Shown: piece after piece, positions 1-10,743 of the stretch
How positions within the stretch are numbered: the first letter of the stretch is position 1
How the letters are laid out: every line of letters begins with the position of its first letter
From: Longimicrobiales bacterium
GTDB lineage: Bacteria > Gemmatimonadota > Gemmatimonadetes > Longimicrobiales > Gaopeijiaceae
NCBI GenBank assembly: GCA_965198065.1
Contig: CBDAON010000003.1
Location: forward strand, 1 to 64,000
DNA: 64,000 bases
Reading direction: 5' to 3'
Notes under the pieces: model-generated
What the model was told of the DNA's origin: nothing
The model's input: only the letters and a program-made list of their open reading frames with translations
The model's database searches: none
Translations under genes and position numbers: made by a program

Positions 1-303
1 GAACCGAGCTCGGACGCCGTCGTCACGAGGAAGTCGAGCTCCTCATCGGCATCCTTCAGCTTCTTCCTGTGGGTGATCCGCTGCGGGGCTTTGAGGACGA
101 ACGTGAAGCCCGCCGGTACCCGGGCCGCCCATCCCGAGACGAGCTTCGGCGTGGGCATGCGATAGAAGGTGCTGTTGATCTCGACGCTGTTCAAACGCTC
201 CGCGTAGTACGAGAGCATCTTGCGGTCGGGAAGGTCCTCGGGGTAGAAGATCCCCTTCCACTCCTTGTAGGAATTACCCGCTCGTCCCGACCCACGCGGT
301 CAT
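1..303 (-). CDS. DUF72 family protein, N-terminal part (runs off window; 1-nt frameshift near 275)
   Basis: Manual translation gives MTAWVGTSG/YSYKEWKGIFYP...VEINSTFYRMP...FVLKAPQRITH, which are typical DUF72 motifs. Confidence 0.85.
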
Positions 304-470
304 CGCGACCCCGCAGTCCCTCGCTCTGGAACCGCCTCGTTGACGGACATGAGAACGGTAACCTAACATCCCCTGCGCACCCGAACGAGCCACTGAGGGG
401 CGCACCCAAGCAAGTGGCTGGAAGCACTCGCTCCGGCGTGCCGGCGCGGACCTCCCAAGGCAGCTCCCCC

Positions 471-1211
471 ATGGAATGGATCACCTCCCCGGAAGCGTGG
501 ATCGCGCTCGCCACGCTCACGATCCTCGAGATCGTCCTCGGGATCGACAACATCGTCTTCATTACGGTCCTCTCGGACCGCCTGCCCGAGGACCAGCAGA
601 AGCGAGCCCGGCGGGTCGGGCTATCGCTCGCGATGGGGACCCGGATCCTCCTCCTCCTCTTCCTCGCCTGGATCCTGGGGCTCGTTCAGCCTCTGTTCAG
701 CGTGTTCGGACACGTCTTCTCGGGGCGGGACCTCATCCTCGCCGCCGGCGGCGTCTTTCTCCTCTGGAAGGCCACGCACGAGATCCACGACAACCTGGAG
801 GGGGAGGAGGAGCGGGCGCGGGGACGGCCGCGAGCGACGCTCGGCGCCGTCCTCGTCCAGATCGCGCTCCTCGACATCATCTTCTCGCTCGACTCCGTCA
901 TCACGGCGGTCGGGATGGCCGACGATCTCCCCGTTATGGTCATCGCGATTGTCCTAGCCGTCGGCGTCATGATGGTGTCGGCCGACGCGATCGGCGGGTT
1001 CGTGGGCCGCCACCCGACCGTCAAGATGCTCGCCCTCTCGTTCCTCCTCCTGATCGGCATGTCCCTGGTGGCGGACGGCATGGGGCTCCACATCCCGAAG
1101 GGCTACATCTACTTCGCGATGGGCTTCTCCATCTTCGTCGAGATCCTGAATCTCCGAATCCGAGAGAGGCGGGGCGAGCCCGTGAACCTGCAGGGTCCGG
1201 CGTCCCTCTGA
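471..1211 (+). CDS. TerC family integral membrane protein
   Basis: LEIVLGIDNIVFI and DIIFSLDSVITAVG motifs; ATG at 471. Confidence 0.93.
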   Translation: MEWITSPEAWIALATLTILEIVLGIDNIVFITVLSDRLPEDQQKRARRVGLSLAMGTRILLLLFLAWILGLVQPLFSVFGHVFSGRDLILAAGGVFLLWKATHEIHDNLEGEEERARGRPRATLGAVLVQIALLDIIFSLDSVITAVGMADDLPVMVIAIVLAVGVMMVSADAIGGFVGRHPTVKMLALSFLLLIGMSLVADGMGLHIPKGYIYFAMGFSIFVEILNLRIRERRGEPVNLQGPASL

Positions 1212-1273
1212 GGGGGCTGCCACGGCGGCCCGGCGACCAGGGGGCGGCGCGGGGCGCCGCGTCCGGGCCTCCC

Positions 1274-2950
1274 CTAAAGAAGGTCGGCCAGCTTTCGCAC
1301 CTGTGGGCTCACGACGAGCGCGACGACACCCGCACCGGCAGCCACGACGGCGACGTTCCCGAACAAAGCCGAGGGCGAGAGGGTCTCCAAGCTTCCCGCC
1401 ACCAGCCCCGCGAAGAGGTTCCCAAGGGCCACGGCGATGAACCACACGCCCATCATCTGACCCACCCGGTTCCTCGGGGCGAGCTTAGTCATCGAGCTGA
1501 GGCCGACGGGCGAGAGGGCGAGCTCGCCGCACGTGTGGAGAAAGAAGGTCACGATCAGCCACGTCATGCCCACCCGATTCGTTTCCGTGGCGTAGGACGC
1601 CCCCCAGGCGAGAACGAAGAAGCCGGCCGCGAGCCCCAGAAGCCCCAGGGCGAACTTTACGGCGGTCGAGGGATCCGCCCGGCGCGTCGCGAGCCACTGC
1701 CACATCCAGCCGAAGACGGGAGCGAGCGCGACGATGAAGATCGGGTTCACGTTCTGGAGCCAGGTCGTCGGCATCTCCCACCCGAGGATCACGCGGTCGG
1801 TGAGGCGCTCAGCGAACAGGTTCATCGAGGAGCCCGCCTGCTCGAAGCCGGACCAGAACACGGCACTCAGAAGGAAGAGCCAGAAGATGACCATGTACCG
1901 CTTCCGCTCCGGCGACACGCCTTCTCCCCTGGAGAGGAGAAGCCCCAGCGCCAGGGCAATGAACGAGCCGAGGGTCGCGACGACGGCCCAGCGCCCCGCT
2001 ACGGCCGGCTCCGAGAGAACAGCCGCCAGACCCACCGCCGAAATCGCAAAGACGAGCGAGAGGGCGATCGCGACCCGGGCGTCGAAGACGAGGAGCGCGA
2101 AGAACAGGGTCGTGACGAGGAGGATTCCGTAACCGAGCCACGTGGCGAACGACTCCAGCGTGACCGGGAGGACGCCCCCGACGGAGAGCCAGGCGAACGC
2201 GGCCGAGGCAACCCCAACCCCACCGGCCGTGAGGTAGAATCGCCGGCGACGGCCGCCAAGCACCACCGCGTCCTCCCCCGTTTCCAGCTCCCCCGCTCCT
2301 CCCAGGTGCTCGCCCCCGAGCCGGTACTGGATGAGGCCCAGCACCATCCCGAAGCCGGCCACCGAGAACCCCCAGTGCCAGCTCACGGTCTCGCCCAGGG
2401 TGCCGCAGATGAACGGCCCCAGCACGGCCCCGACGTTGATTCCCATGTAGAAGATTGAGAACGCGGCGTCTCGCCGGGCTCCCAGCTGATCCCGCCGGGG
2501 CCCCGCCGGCTCGTCCTGCGGGTTCGGGTACAGCTCGCCCACCATCGTGCTCACATTGGGCTTGAGGAGCCCTGTCCCGATTACGATGAAGACGAGGCCG
2601 AGGAAGAAGCCCACCTGATCGGGCACGCCTACGAGTGGCGAGGCCATCGTGAAGTGGCCGAGCGCGATGACCACGCCTCCGGCGAACACCGCGCGTCTCT
2701 GCCCCCACAGGCGGTCGGCCACCCACCCGCCAGGCAGGGCGAAGAGGTACACGAGCGAAGTGTAGAGGCCGTAGATCGCGCCGGCGCGCGCGTCGTCGAA
2801 GCCCAGACCGGGATTCGCGCCCGCAGCCGGTGCCGTCATGAAGAGGATGAGGAGCGCGCGAAGCCCGTAGTAAGAGAAGCGCTCCCACATCTCGGTGAAG
2901 AAGAGGACCCGGAGCCCGCTCGGGTGGCCGAGGAACGCTCGTTCGCTCAT
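1274..2950 (-). CDS. POT/PTR family proton-dependent oligopeptide MFS transporter
   Basis: GHPSGL..LFFTEMWERFSYYG, GTGLLKPN and FYMGINVG motifs. Confidence 0.93.
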   Translation of the reverse strand: MSERAFLGHPSGLRVLFFTEMWERFSYYGLRALLILFMTAPAAGANPGLGFDDARAGAIYGLYTSLVYLFALPGGWVADRLWGQRRAVFAGGVVIALGHFTMASPLVGVPDQVGFFLGLVFIVIGTGLLKPNVSTMVGELYPNPQDEPAGPRRDQLGARRDAAFSIFYMGINVGAVLGPFICGTLGETVSWHWGFSVAGFGMVLGLIQYRLGGEHLGGAGELETGEDAVVLGGRRRRFYLTAGGVGVASAAFAWLSVGGVLPVTLESFATWLGYGILLVTTLFFALLVFDARVAIALSLVFAISAVGLAAVLSEPAVAGRWAVVATLGSFIALALGLLLSRGEGVSPERKRYMVIFWLFLLSAVFWSGFEQAGSSMNLFAERLTDRVILGWEMPTTWLQNVNPIFIVALAPVFGWMWQWLATRRADPSTAVKFALGLLGLAAGFFVLAWGASYATETNRVGMTWLIVTFFLHTCGELALSPVGLSSMTKLAPRNRVGQMMGVWFIAVALGNLFAGLVAGSLETLSPSALFGNVAVVAAGAGVVALVVSPQVRKLADLL

Positions 2951-3181
2951 TCCTCGCGGCCGGTCAGCCGTGTGCACCGCTCGTCGTCCGTCCGTCATCC
3001 GGGTCCTCTACTGAATGGCTCAGCGGCCATGAAGGCCTTGAGGATGTCCCGGCTCCGCCGAGTAGAGCAAGCGTCTCCGTTGACAGAGCTCGCGGCTCAT
3101 CGCCCATTGATCCGATCACAAACGTCCGACCCGGCCGCGTCGCCCGGCACGCGACGGTCAGACCGTGACCCCGAGACCCCA

Positions 3182-4273
3182 ATGACCTGTCCGAACAATC
3201 GGCTGGTAGCCCTCCCGATTCTTGCCCTCGCGGTCCTCACGTTCCCGGCCTGGGATCTCGGCGGCCGGGCAGCCGGGCAGACCATAACTCCGGAGCCGGA
3301 CGCCCTCGAGCCTGTCGGCCTCCCCAACCCCTACATGACCCATCCGACTTGGGGAACCCTTCCTGCCGGCCGCTCCTGGGGACGGGTCAGCGGAGTCTAC
3401 GTAGACCCCGCGGGCGAGACCATTTGGGTCTTCGAGCGGTGTGGGGGGGACAACTGCGTGACATCGCACGATCCCACCGTGCTCCAATTCCGCTACGATG
3501 GCACCCTGATCCAGAGCTTCGGTGCGGACATGTTCGTCCGGCCCCACGGAATGTTCGTGGACCAAGAGGGGAATGTCTGGGTGACGGACGGACGGGCGGC
3601 CCGCGAGGCTGAGCTCGCCCAGGCGCCGGACGCGGCTCGAAAGGGAAACCAGGTCGTCAAGTTCAGCCCCGATGGTGAAGTGCTTCTGGTCCTGGGCACT
3701 CCCGGCGTCACCGGAGACCCGCCCGATGCCCTGAACCAGCCGAATGACGTGATCGTGGCGCCGAGCGGGGAGATCCTCGTCTCGGAGGGTCACTCGGCGG
3801 CAGGCCCGCACGGCCGCATCTCGCGCTTCTCTCCCGACGGCAGATTCCTGGGCACGATCGGAGAGTTCGGCCCCGGACCCGGTCAGTTCCGCGTGCCTCA
3901 CGCGATGGCGTTCGACTCACAGGGGCGCCTGTTCGTCGCGGATCGTGGGAACAGCCGCATCCAGATCTTCGACAGCGATTACCGTTTCGTGGCCGAGTGG
4001 AGCCAGTTCGGCCGTCCGAACGACATGTTCATCGATGAGAGCGATAGGATGTTCGTTCTCGATTCGGAGTCAGGGGACGAGCGGAATCCCGGGATGCGCC
4101 GGGGCATCTATATCGGGAGCGCGCGGGACGGGCAGGTCAGGGCTTTCGTTCCCGGCCACCAAACGGACAATCCCCTGGGCACGATCGGGGAGGGGATCGC
4201 CGTGGACCCGGCGGGATATATCTACGTGGGAGAGGTCTCCATCAGCGGCATGACGATGTTCATGCCGTACTGA
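3182..4273 (+). CDS. Secreted NHL-repeat beta-propeller (PAL-like) protein
   Basis: Signal peptide; RPHGMFVD, PHAMAFD and VADRGNSRIQIFD NHL motifs. Confidence 0.85.
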   Translation: MTCPNNRLVALPILALAVLTFPAWDLGGRAAGQTITPEPDALEPVGLPNPYMTHPTWGTLPAGRSWGRVSGVYVDPAGETIWVFERCGGDNCVTSHDPTVLQFRYDGTLIQSFGADMFVRPHGMFVDQEGNVWVTDGRAAREAELAQAPDAARKGNQVVKFSPDGEVLLVLGTPGVTGDPPDALNQPNDVIVAPSGEILVSEGHSAAGPHGRISRFSPDGRFLGTIGEFGPGPGQFRVPHAMAFDSQGRLFVADRGNSRIQIFDSDYRFVAEWSQFGRPNDMFIDESDRMFVLDSESGDERNPGMRRGIYIGSARDGQVRAFVPGHQTDNPLGTIGEGIAVDPAGYIYVGEVSISGMTMFMPY

Positions 4274-4328
4274 TCGGAAAAGAAGCTCGTCGCCCGCGTC
4301 CGGAGCGACACGGGCTCGCCCCTGAGAG

Positions 4329-4370
4329 CGAAGAGGGGGCCGGCGCTCCCGGGCGCCGACCCCCTCTTCG
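4329..4370. terminator. Hairpin between convergent NHL genes (probable bidirectional terminator)
   Basis: CGAAGAGGGGG...CCCCCTCTTCG inverted repeat. Confidence 0.6.
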
Positions 4371-4402
4371 TCCACGAGGATCCGATCCTCGAGCGCCTGC
4401 GA

Positions 4403-5554
4403 CTACCGCCTCGTCGACTTGATCACGGCGCCGCCCCCGGAGACGACGGCTCCGAACACGTTACCGGCCCGATCCACGGCCACGCCCTCGGGGTTCGACC
4501 CGTTGGCATACGCCTGCACCACCCCCGTAATCCGGAAGTCCACGATGCCGTCGAGCAGGCTCCCGACGCGGATGCCCGTGCGCCATCCCGGGTTCTGCGT
4601 GGTGCCGAACTCGGACTCGGAGTCGGCCACGTAGACCGTGTTGTTGTCCGTGATGTAGAGTCCGCTCGGGCGACCGAACTGCCGGAGTTCGCCGACGTAG
4701 GTGCCGTCCAGCTCGAGGATCTGGAGGCGGTTGTTGCCCCGATCTGCGACCACGAGCCGGTTCATTCCATCGATGTCGACCCCATGAGGAGTGCGGAACT
4801 CGCCGGGACCCGATCCCAGCTGCCCGAACGTGCGGACGAAGTTGCCGTTCCGGTCGAAGACGGCGATCCGGGCCACCGCGTCCGGTGCAGCATTCAGGCC
4901 CTGCCCGCCGTGTCCGTCCCCGACGTAAGCGTTCCCCAGCGCGTCGGTCACGACGTCGTTCGGGGTGTTGAGCAGCGCGCCCGTGCCGTCCCCCCCTTGG
5001 CCGGGCGTCCCCAGCGTGAGGAGGAGCTCGCCTGTCGGGCTGAACTTGTAGACCGCGTGCCCCTTGCCCGCCGTCGCGGGGTCGTCCGGACTCGGCCCGC
5101 GTGCGTCGGCCACCCAGACGTTTCCTTGAGCGTCCGCGTGGAGCCCGTGCGGGAAGAGGAGCATCCCTCCGCCGAACGCTGCCAGCACGTTCCCCTCAGG
5201 GTCGATCTTCAGGATCGGATCCAGGTCGGATCCGGCGCACGAGTTTCCGCCGCAGCGGTCGATGGCCCAGAGGTGTACGCCGTCGGGATCGACGTCCACG
5301 CCCGCCGTGGACCCCCAGGTGCGCCCATCGGGGAGCCTCACCCAATTGTCCACGCTCGCGTAGGGATTCGGCAGATCGTTCATCGCATGCATGTTCGGGA
5401 TCCGATCCAGGACCTGAGTTCCCGGAACCGGAACGCCCGCTGCCGGCGGCGGGAGATCCGGCGCCTGCGCAGCGAGGGCCGAGGGCAATGCGGCGAGCGC
5501 AAAACCGAGGGCGAGAGCCGCCACTCCCGTGAGACGGCGGTTACGCAGGGTCAT
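4403..5554 (-). CDS. Secreted NHL-repeat (PAL-like) protein
   Basis: Signal peptide; FPHGLHAD, TPHGVDID and VADRGNNRLQI motifs. Confidence 0.85.
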   Translation of the reverse strand: MTLRNRRLTGVAALALGFALAALPSALAAQAPDLPPPAAGVPVPGTQVLDRIPNMHAMNDLPNPYASVDNWVRLPDGRTWGSTAGVDVDPDGVHLWAIDRCGGNSCAGSDLDPILKIDPEGNVLAAFGGGMLLFPHGLHADAQGNVWVADARGPSPDDPATAGKGHAVYKFSPTGELLLTLGTPGQGGDGTGALLNTPNDVVTDALGNAYVGDGHGGQGLNAAPDAVARIAVFDRNGNFVRTFGQLGSGPGEFRTPHGVDIDGMNRLVVADRGNNRLQILELDGTYVGELRQFGRPSGLYITDNNTVYVADSESEFGTTQNPGWRTGIRVGSLLDGIVDFRITGVVQAYANGSNPEGVAVDRAGNVFGAVVSGGGAVIKSTRR

Positions 5555-5680
5555 GGCATCCTCCGTGAGGTTCGGTTTCCATGGCAAAGAGATCCCCATC
5601 ATAGTACCACCCCCGGGCCAGGTCGAACATGAGACCGGCCGAAAGATGGGGCCCGATCCACGAAGGGACGTGGGCCCGGA

Positions 5681-6778
5681 TCAGCGCCTCGTCGACTTGA
5701 CCATTGCGCCGCCCCCGGAAACGATGGCTCCGTACAGGTTCCCCGCGGCATCCACCGCCACGCCTTCCGGATTCGAGCCCTCTGGGTACGCTTCGACGGT
5801 GCCGGTGACACGGTACCGCACGATGCCGTCCCTCAGGCTCCCCACGCGGATCCCGTTCTCCCAGCCCGGATTCCGCTCCTCGTCGAACTCCGATTCGGAA
5901 TCCGCGACGTAAATCGTGTCGTCATCGGTGATGTAGATGCCACTCGGGCGACCGAACTGGCGGAGCTCCCCGATGTAGGTGCCATCCGTCTCCCAGATCT
6001 GGAGGCGATTGTTCCCCCGATCGCCCACGATGAGGCGACCCTGCGAATCGATGTCCACCGCGTGCGGCGTGCGCATCTCACCGGGTCCAGCGCCGAGGCG
6101 CCCGAACGAACGGACATACCGGCCGTTCCGGTCGAACACTGCGATCCGAGCGACCGTGTTGGGCGGCGCGTTGAAGTTCTGACCGCTGTGCCCGTCCGCG
6201 ACATAGATGTTGCCCTGCGCGTCCGTCACCACGTCGCACGGCTCGAACAGGAGGGGGCCCGTGCCGTCACCCGACCTTCCGGGGGTGCCGAGGGTGAGGA
6301 GCAGCTGCCCCTCCGGGCTGAACTTGTAGACCGCGTGTCCCTTCCCGGCCGTGGCCGGGTCGTCCGGGCTCGGTCCCCGCGCGTCGGTCACCCAGACGTT
6401 CCCCTGCGCGTCGACGTGGATCCCGTGGGGGAACAGAACCATACCGCCTCCGAACGAGGTTACCACGTTCCCCTGCGGATCGATCTTCAGGAGCGGGTCG
6501 AGGTCCGACCCCGCGCAGGAGTTGCCGCCGCACCGGTCGATGGCCCAGAGGTGCACCCCGTCGGGGTCGATGTCCGCGCCCGCAGTAGAGCCCCAGGTCC
6601 GTCCGTCCGGGAGCTGGACCCAGTTGTCCACACTCGCGTAGGGATTCGGCAACTCGTTCAAGGGCTGGATGTTCGGGATTCGATCCAGCACCTGGGCCGC
6701 GGCCCGATCAGGAGCCAGGCCCATGAGAGCGACGACCGCCGCCGCGAGAACTGCGAGTCCCCGTGTCCAGAGTGTCAT
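5681..6778 (-). CDS. Secreted NHL-repeat (PAL-like) protein, close paralogue of 4403-5554
   Basis: Long near-identical stretches shared with the neighbour (LPNPYASVDNWV.LPDGRTWGSTAG...). Confidence 0.85.
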   Translation of the reverse strand: MTLWTRGLAVLAAAVVALMGLAPDRAAAQVLDRIPNIQPLNELPNPYASVDNWVQLPDGRTWGSTAGADIDPDGVHLWAIDRCGGNSCAGSDLDPLLKIDPQGNVVTSFGGGMVLFPHGIHVDAQGNVWVTDARGPSPDDPATAGKGHAVYKFSPEGQLLLTLGTPGRSGDGTGPLLFEPCDVVTDAQGNIYVADGHSGQNFNAPPNTVARIAVFDRNGRYVRSFGRLGAGPGEMRTPHAVDIDSQGRLIVGDRGNNRLQIWETDGTYIGELRQFGRPSGIYITDDDTIYVADSESEFDEERNPGWENGIRVGSLRDGIVRYRVTGTVEAYPEGSNPEGVAVDAAGNLYGAIVSGGGAMVKSTRR

Positions 6779-6853
6779 GACAGCCTCCTCCGTCCTCGTC
6801 GGGGGGGTGAAAGGAAGACTCCCGCCCATGATATCACCCGTCCGCCTGTCCGC

Positions 6854-7120
6854 CTACCCGAACCGCTGGAGGGCGCGCTCCCGTGCTTTCCGCGCCACCA
6901 CTTCCCGGTTCCTGGGCCGGGCGGTGATCGTGAGCGAGCGGATCAGCTTCGCGGCGACCGTCGTTACCTCGCCCACCGCGGTGTTAAAGACCTCTTCGTT
7001 CACATTCGAGGGGCGGTTCTGGCCGGAGAGCTTCCGCACGAACTGGAGGGCCGAGGCCCGGATCTCGTCGTCGGTGGCCGGCGGCTCGAAGTTGGCGAGC
7101 GTCTTGATGTTCCTGCACAT
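6854..7120 (-). CDS. DUF2277 family protein
   Basis: MCRNIKTLANFEPPATDDEIRASALQFVRKLSG signature. Confidence 0.9.
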   Translation of the reverse strand: MCRNIKTLANFEPPATDDEIRASALQFVRKLSGQNRPSNVNEEVFNTAVGEVTTVAAKLIRSLTITARPRNREVVARKARERALQRFG

Positions 7121-7183
7121 GGGTCTCCCTCCCTCCTCAACGTCCTTCCCGCGCCTGTGGCGGCACGGGTACATTGCCGCTCC

Positions 7184-7810
7184 ATGCATCAGGGAAGGCG
7201 AAAGCTGATCGTCGTGGGCGCGGTGGTTCTCACCCTGGTTGTCGCGGGTTTGCTGCTTTTCCGCCAGATCCCAGACAACGTCTCCGCGCCCCTCTTCGTA
7301 CTCGTCGTGGTCGTCGAGGTCGTGGTCGCCCCGATCCCGGGGGGTGCGATCGGATATATGGGCGCCGCCAGGTTCGGCTTCGAGCGGGCCTGGCCGCTCC
7401 TCTACATCGGGAACGTGATCGGCACGACCCTCGTGTTCTGGCTGGCCCGCCGCTTCGGCGCGCCGCTCTTCGAGGAGAACGTGACGGAGCTGACGCGTCA
7501 GCGCTACGACGCGATCCTCAGGGGGCACCCGCTCCTCCTCTGGATCTTCTACGCGATCCCGATAATCCCGGTGGACATGCTGAGCGTCCTCGCGGGCCTA
7601 TCGCGCATGCGGGTGCGCCGTTTTCTCCTCATCGCCTACTCGGGCTACTTCTTTTACACGGGGATCGTGGCCTACGTGGGCGCCTTCGTCGCCGACAACA
7701 TCGGCGTCACCGAAGCCATGTCCGTAATCGGCGCGGTCTTCCTGTTCATGGTCGCGTGGTGGCTCTGGCGCGAGCAGAAGGTTAGGAACAGCGGAGATGC
7801 GGGCCTGTGA
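7184..7810 (+). CDS. TVP38/TMEM64 (DedA/VTT domain) membrane protein
   Basis: EVVVAPIPGG, IGTTLVFWLARRFG and IPIIPVD motifs. Confidence 0.85.
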   Translation: MHQGRRKLIVVGAVVLTLVVAGLLLFRQIPDNVSAPLFVLVVVVEVVVAPIPGGAIGYMGAARFGFERAWPLLYIGNVIGTTLVFWLARRFGAPLFEENVTELTRQRYDAILRGHPLLLWIFYAIPIIPVDMLSVLAGLSRMRVRRFLLIAYSGYFFYTGIVAYVGAFVADNIGVTEAMSVIGAVFLFMVAWWLWREQKVRNSGDAGL

Positions 7811-7822
7811 CGGCGACCGCGA

Positions 7823-8826
7823 TCACCCCACCTCGAGCGTCTCCCCATGTGCCGGGATCCACAGGCGCTCGGCGGGCAGGCCCTCGGCAGCCCAGGCCCG
7901 GGTCGCGCGCCTCGGCGGCTCGTCCATCGGCTCGTCCGTGAGCTTGAACGTGCCCCAATGGATCGCGCCCATGACTCCGCCCTCGGCGCCGCCCAGATCG
8001 AGGAAGGCCCGCACGGCCTCCTCGGGGTTGAGGTGGACCAAGCGCATGAACCACCTCGGCTCGTAGGCCCCGATGGGAAGCAGTACGACGTCGAACGGAC
8101 CGGCGCGCGCTCCGATCCGGCCGAAGTCCGGATGGTAGCCGCTGTCCCCGGCGAACAGCACGCGGTGGCGGCCTGCGGATCGCGAAGCCGCACCAGAGCG
8201 AGCGGTTTCGATCGAGGGGACTGCGCGCGCTGAAGTGACGAGCGGGGGCAGACGTGACCGTGATGTCGCCGATGCGCACGGCCTCCCACCAGTCGAGCTC
8301 GTGCGCCTCCTCCACCCCCTCGCGCCGGACCGCCGCGCCCAGCCCGAGCGGGACGATCCAGGGGCGCTTCGGGGAACCGGCCGGCCAGCGCACCGGCGGA
8401 ACCCACATCGAAGTGGTCGTAGTGATTGTGCGTGAGGAGGACGGCGTCGATTGGTGGCAACGCCTCGAGCGCGACGCCCGGTGGCACCCACCGCCTCGGG
8501 CCGGCGAACCGCACGGGAGACGCACGCTCCCCGAACATCGGGTCCGTGAGGAAGTTGCACCCGCCCGTCTGGATCAGGGTGGTCGCGTGGCCGATCCACG
8601 TTACCGTCAGGACGCCGTCCGGAGCCCGGGGGGTTCGAAAAGTCGGCCCGACTCTTCGGAACACGGACGGGTCGGGGTCCGCCGGTACGCCGCGGACGGC
8701 ACGCTTGAGCCACCAGCGGAAGACCCCCCCGACCTTCTGGGGTTCGCTGTCCGTCCAGGGGTTGCGGAAAGTCCCGTCGGGGTTCCGGTGTAGCCCCTGC
8801 GTCGGGCTGGAGTCCGAGATTACCAC
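7823..8826 (-). CDS. MBL-fold metallohydrolase (NAPE-PLD/RomA-like), split by two frameshifts
   Basis: WIGHAT and THNHYDHFD, then PARHFSAR, then FAGDSGY, LPIGAYEPRWFM and IHWGTF, spread over three frames. Confidence 0.85.
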
Positions 8827-9090
8827 CAGCTGGTCGCTTTCACGGGCTGGTCACCTCGGGGCCGGGTTGCGCATGACGAATACGCTAAGACTTCAGGTGC
8901 GCTCGAGGTCAAGGGTCTTCGTCGATGCGGGGGAGATCAAGGGGCACGCCGGGAGCACGGGATCCTCCAGCCCCGGGGCGCCCGTGCTGCGTGGCATGCG
9001 GAGGATCTCGGGCGATCGGTTGCGGTAGGAGCCACGCGGCTCCGATCTTGGAGGCAATCCGTCGGGGCCATAGACAGCGAGAGGAAGCCC

Positions 9091-10299
9091 ATGCGGCTGG
9101 AGGGCCCAACCCCATCCGATCGCACCCCGGGCGCCCCGGTTCCCCCCCGGGTCCTCATCGTCTCCCTGGGCGCCCTCGCGGTGGCCGTCGTGTGGGCGGC
9201 CCTTCCGCCGGACGTGCTGAGCGATTACCGGACGCTCACCTGGGCGCTCGCGCTGATTCCCGCGTTCTTGCTGGCCCACCATCGGAGATGGCATCGCATC
9301 TCGGTCGCGCTGGCTGCCGGCATGGCCCTCCTCGCGTTCTCCCCCATCCTCGCGCTGTCCCTCGACGTGCCGGTCCCCGATTGGCCGTTCACGGTCCTGG
9401 TCCTCTCGGTCTACATCGGTATCGCGCTCGGCGGCGGGTGGTTCTCGGAGCTGCGGAGCGCCCACGCCGAGCTCAAGCGCTCACATGAGGAGCTCCAGCA
9501 GACGCATCTGCGGATGATTCGCACGAACCAGCTGGACGTCACGGGCCAGCTGGCGGCCGGGGTCGCCCACGAGGTGAAGAATCCGCTCACGACTGTGCTG
9601 ACCGGCGTCGAATACCTGCGAGCGTATGGAGAGGTCCAGGATCCGAAGGTGAGGGTCCTCTTGGACGACATGTGGGTGGCGGTGAAGCGCGCCGACTCCG
9701 TCGTACGCGGCCTCCTGGACCTTTCCCGCGAGCAAGAGCTCTTCTGGAAAGAGCACGACCTGAACGAGCTGGTGGAGCGGACCCTTCGGCTGGTGAAGCA
9801 CGACGTGGATCGACGCCACATCCGCGTGGTGCGGGCGCTGGGCACGGGGCTCCCGAGGGTCACCCTCGACGGCTATCGGATTCAGCAGGTGCTGATTAAC
9901 CTCATCACAAACGCCGCCGACGCCATGTCCGAGGGCGGAACGCTCACTCTACGGACGTCCGAATCCGCGGTCACCGTTGGATCGGGCCCGAGCGAGGCGG
10001 CGACGACCGGAAGGAACCGTCGCGGTCCTGTGCCTGGGATAGCCATCGTCGTCGAGGACGACGGGACCGGGATTCCCGACGAGGCCCTGGAACGGATCTT
10101 CGAGCCGTTCTTCACCACGAAGGGCCCCGGCGAGGGCACGGGCTTGGGCCTCACGGTCGCGCGAAGGCTGGTACGGATGCACGAAGGCACACTCACCCTG
10201 GAGAATCTCCCGATAGGGGCGCGAGCCACCATCCGCCTGCCCCTCCAACCCCAAGGAGTACAGCGTGCCGGACGCGAAGCGGATACTACTGGTGGATGA
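9091..10299 (+). CDS. Membrane sensor histidine kinase
   Basis: AHEVKNPL H-box; NLITNA, DDGTGI and FFTTKG..GTGLGL boxes. Confidence 0.92.
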   Translation: MRLEGPTPSDRTPGAPVPPRVLIVSLGALAVAVVWAALPPDVLSDYRTLTWALALIPAFLLAHHRRWHRISVALAAGMALLAFSPILALSLDVPVPDWPFTVLVLSVYIGIALGGGWFSELRSAHAELKRSHEELQQTHLRMIRTNQLDVTGQLAAGVAHEVKNPLTTVLTGVEYLRAYGEVQDPKVRVLLDDMWVAVKRADSVVRGLLDLSREQELFWKEHDLNELVERTLRLVKHDVDRRHIRVVRALGTGLPRVTLDGYRIQQVLINLITNAADAMSEGGTLTLRTSESAVTVGSGPSEAATTGRNRRGPVPGIAIVVEDDGTGIPDEALERIFEPFFTTKGPGEGTGLGLTVARRLVRMHEGTLTLENLPIGARATIRLPLQPQGVQRAGREADTTGG

Positions 10300-10661
10300 C
10301 GAGGAGACGGTGACGCGGACCCTTGCCCTCTTCCTCGAGGCCGAGGGCCGCTACCAGGTCCAGACCGTTAACGACCCGGCGGAAGGCGCGGGAGATCGCT
10401 CTCTCGTTTCGCCCGGACCTCATGATCCTGGACGTCATCATGCCGCACATGGACGGGGGAGATCTGGCCGCGCAGCTCACCGCCGTGCCCGCGCTGGAGG
10501 GTGTCCCGGTCATCTTCATGACCGCGCTGGTCAAGGAGGCGGAAATCGGGGCTCAGGGCGGAGCCATCGGGGGACGCCCATTCCTCGCCAAGCCCGTGGA
10601 GTCCGCTGACCTTCTCGCGGTGATCGAGTCCACCCTCGGCGGGGAAGAGACGCCGCACTGA
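10265..10661 (+). CDS. Single-domain response regulator (frameshift near 10382)
   Basis: ILLVDDE in one frame; PDLMILDVIMP...FLAKP in the next. Confidence 0.85.
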
Positions 10662-10743
10662 CGGCGCGGCGCACTCGAAGACCCGCCCCGCCTACGAGCC
10701 GCGAAGAAGACCCCCGCCCTGAGGGCGAATCCCGCGCAGGGCC

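Noticed and set aside
476..2458. Long Arg/Pro/Gly-rich alternative-frame ORFs (also 16127-17863, 16378-18147, 23203-24945 and others)
   Set aside because: These are high-GC shadow frames overlapping well-supported genes.
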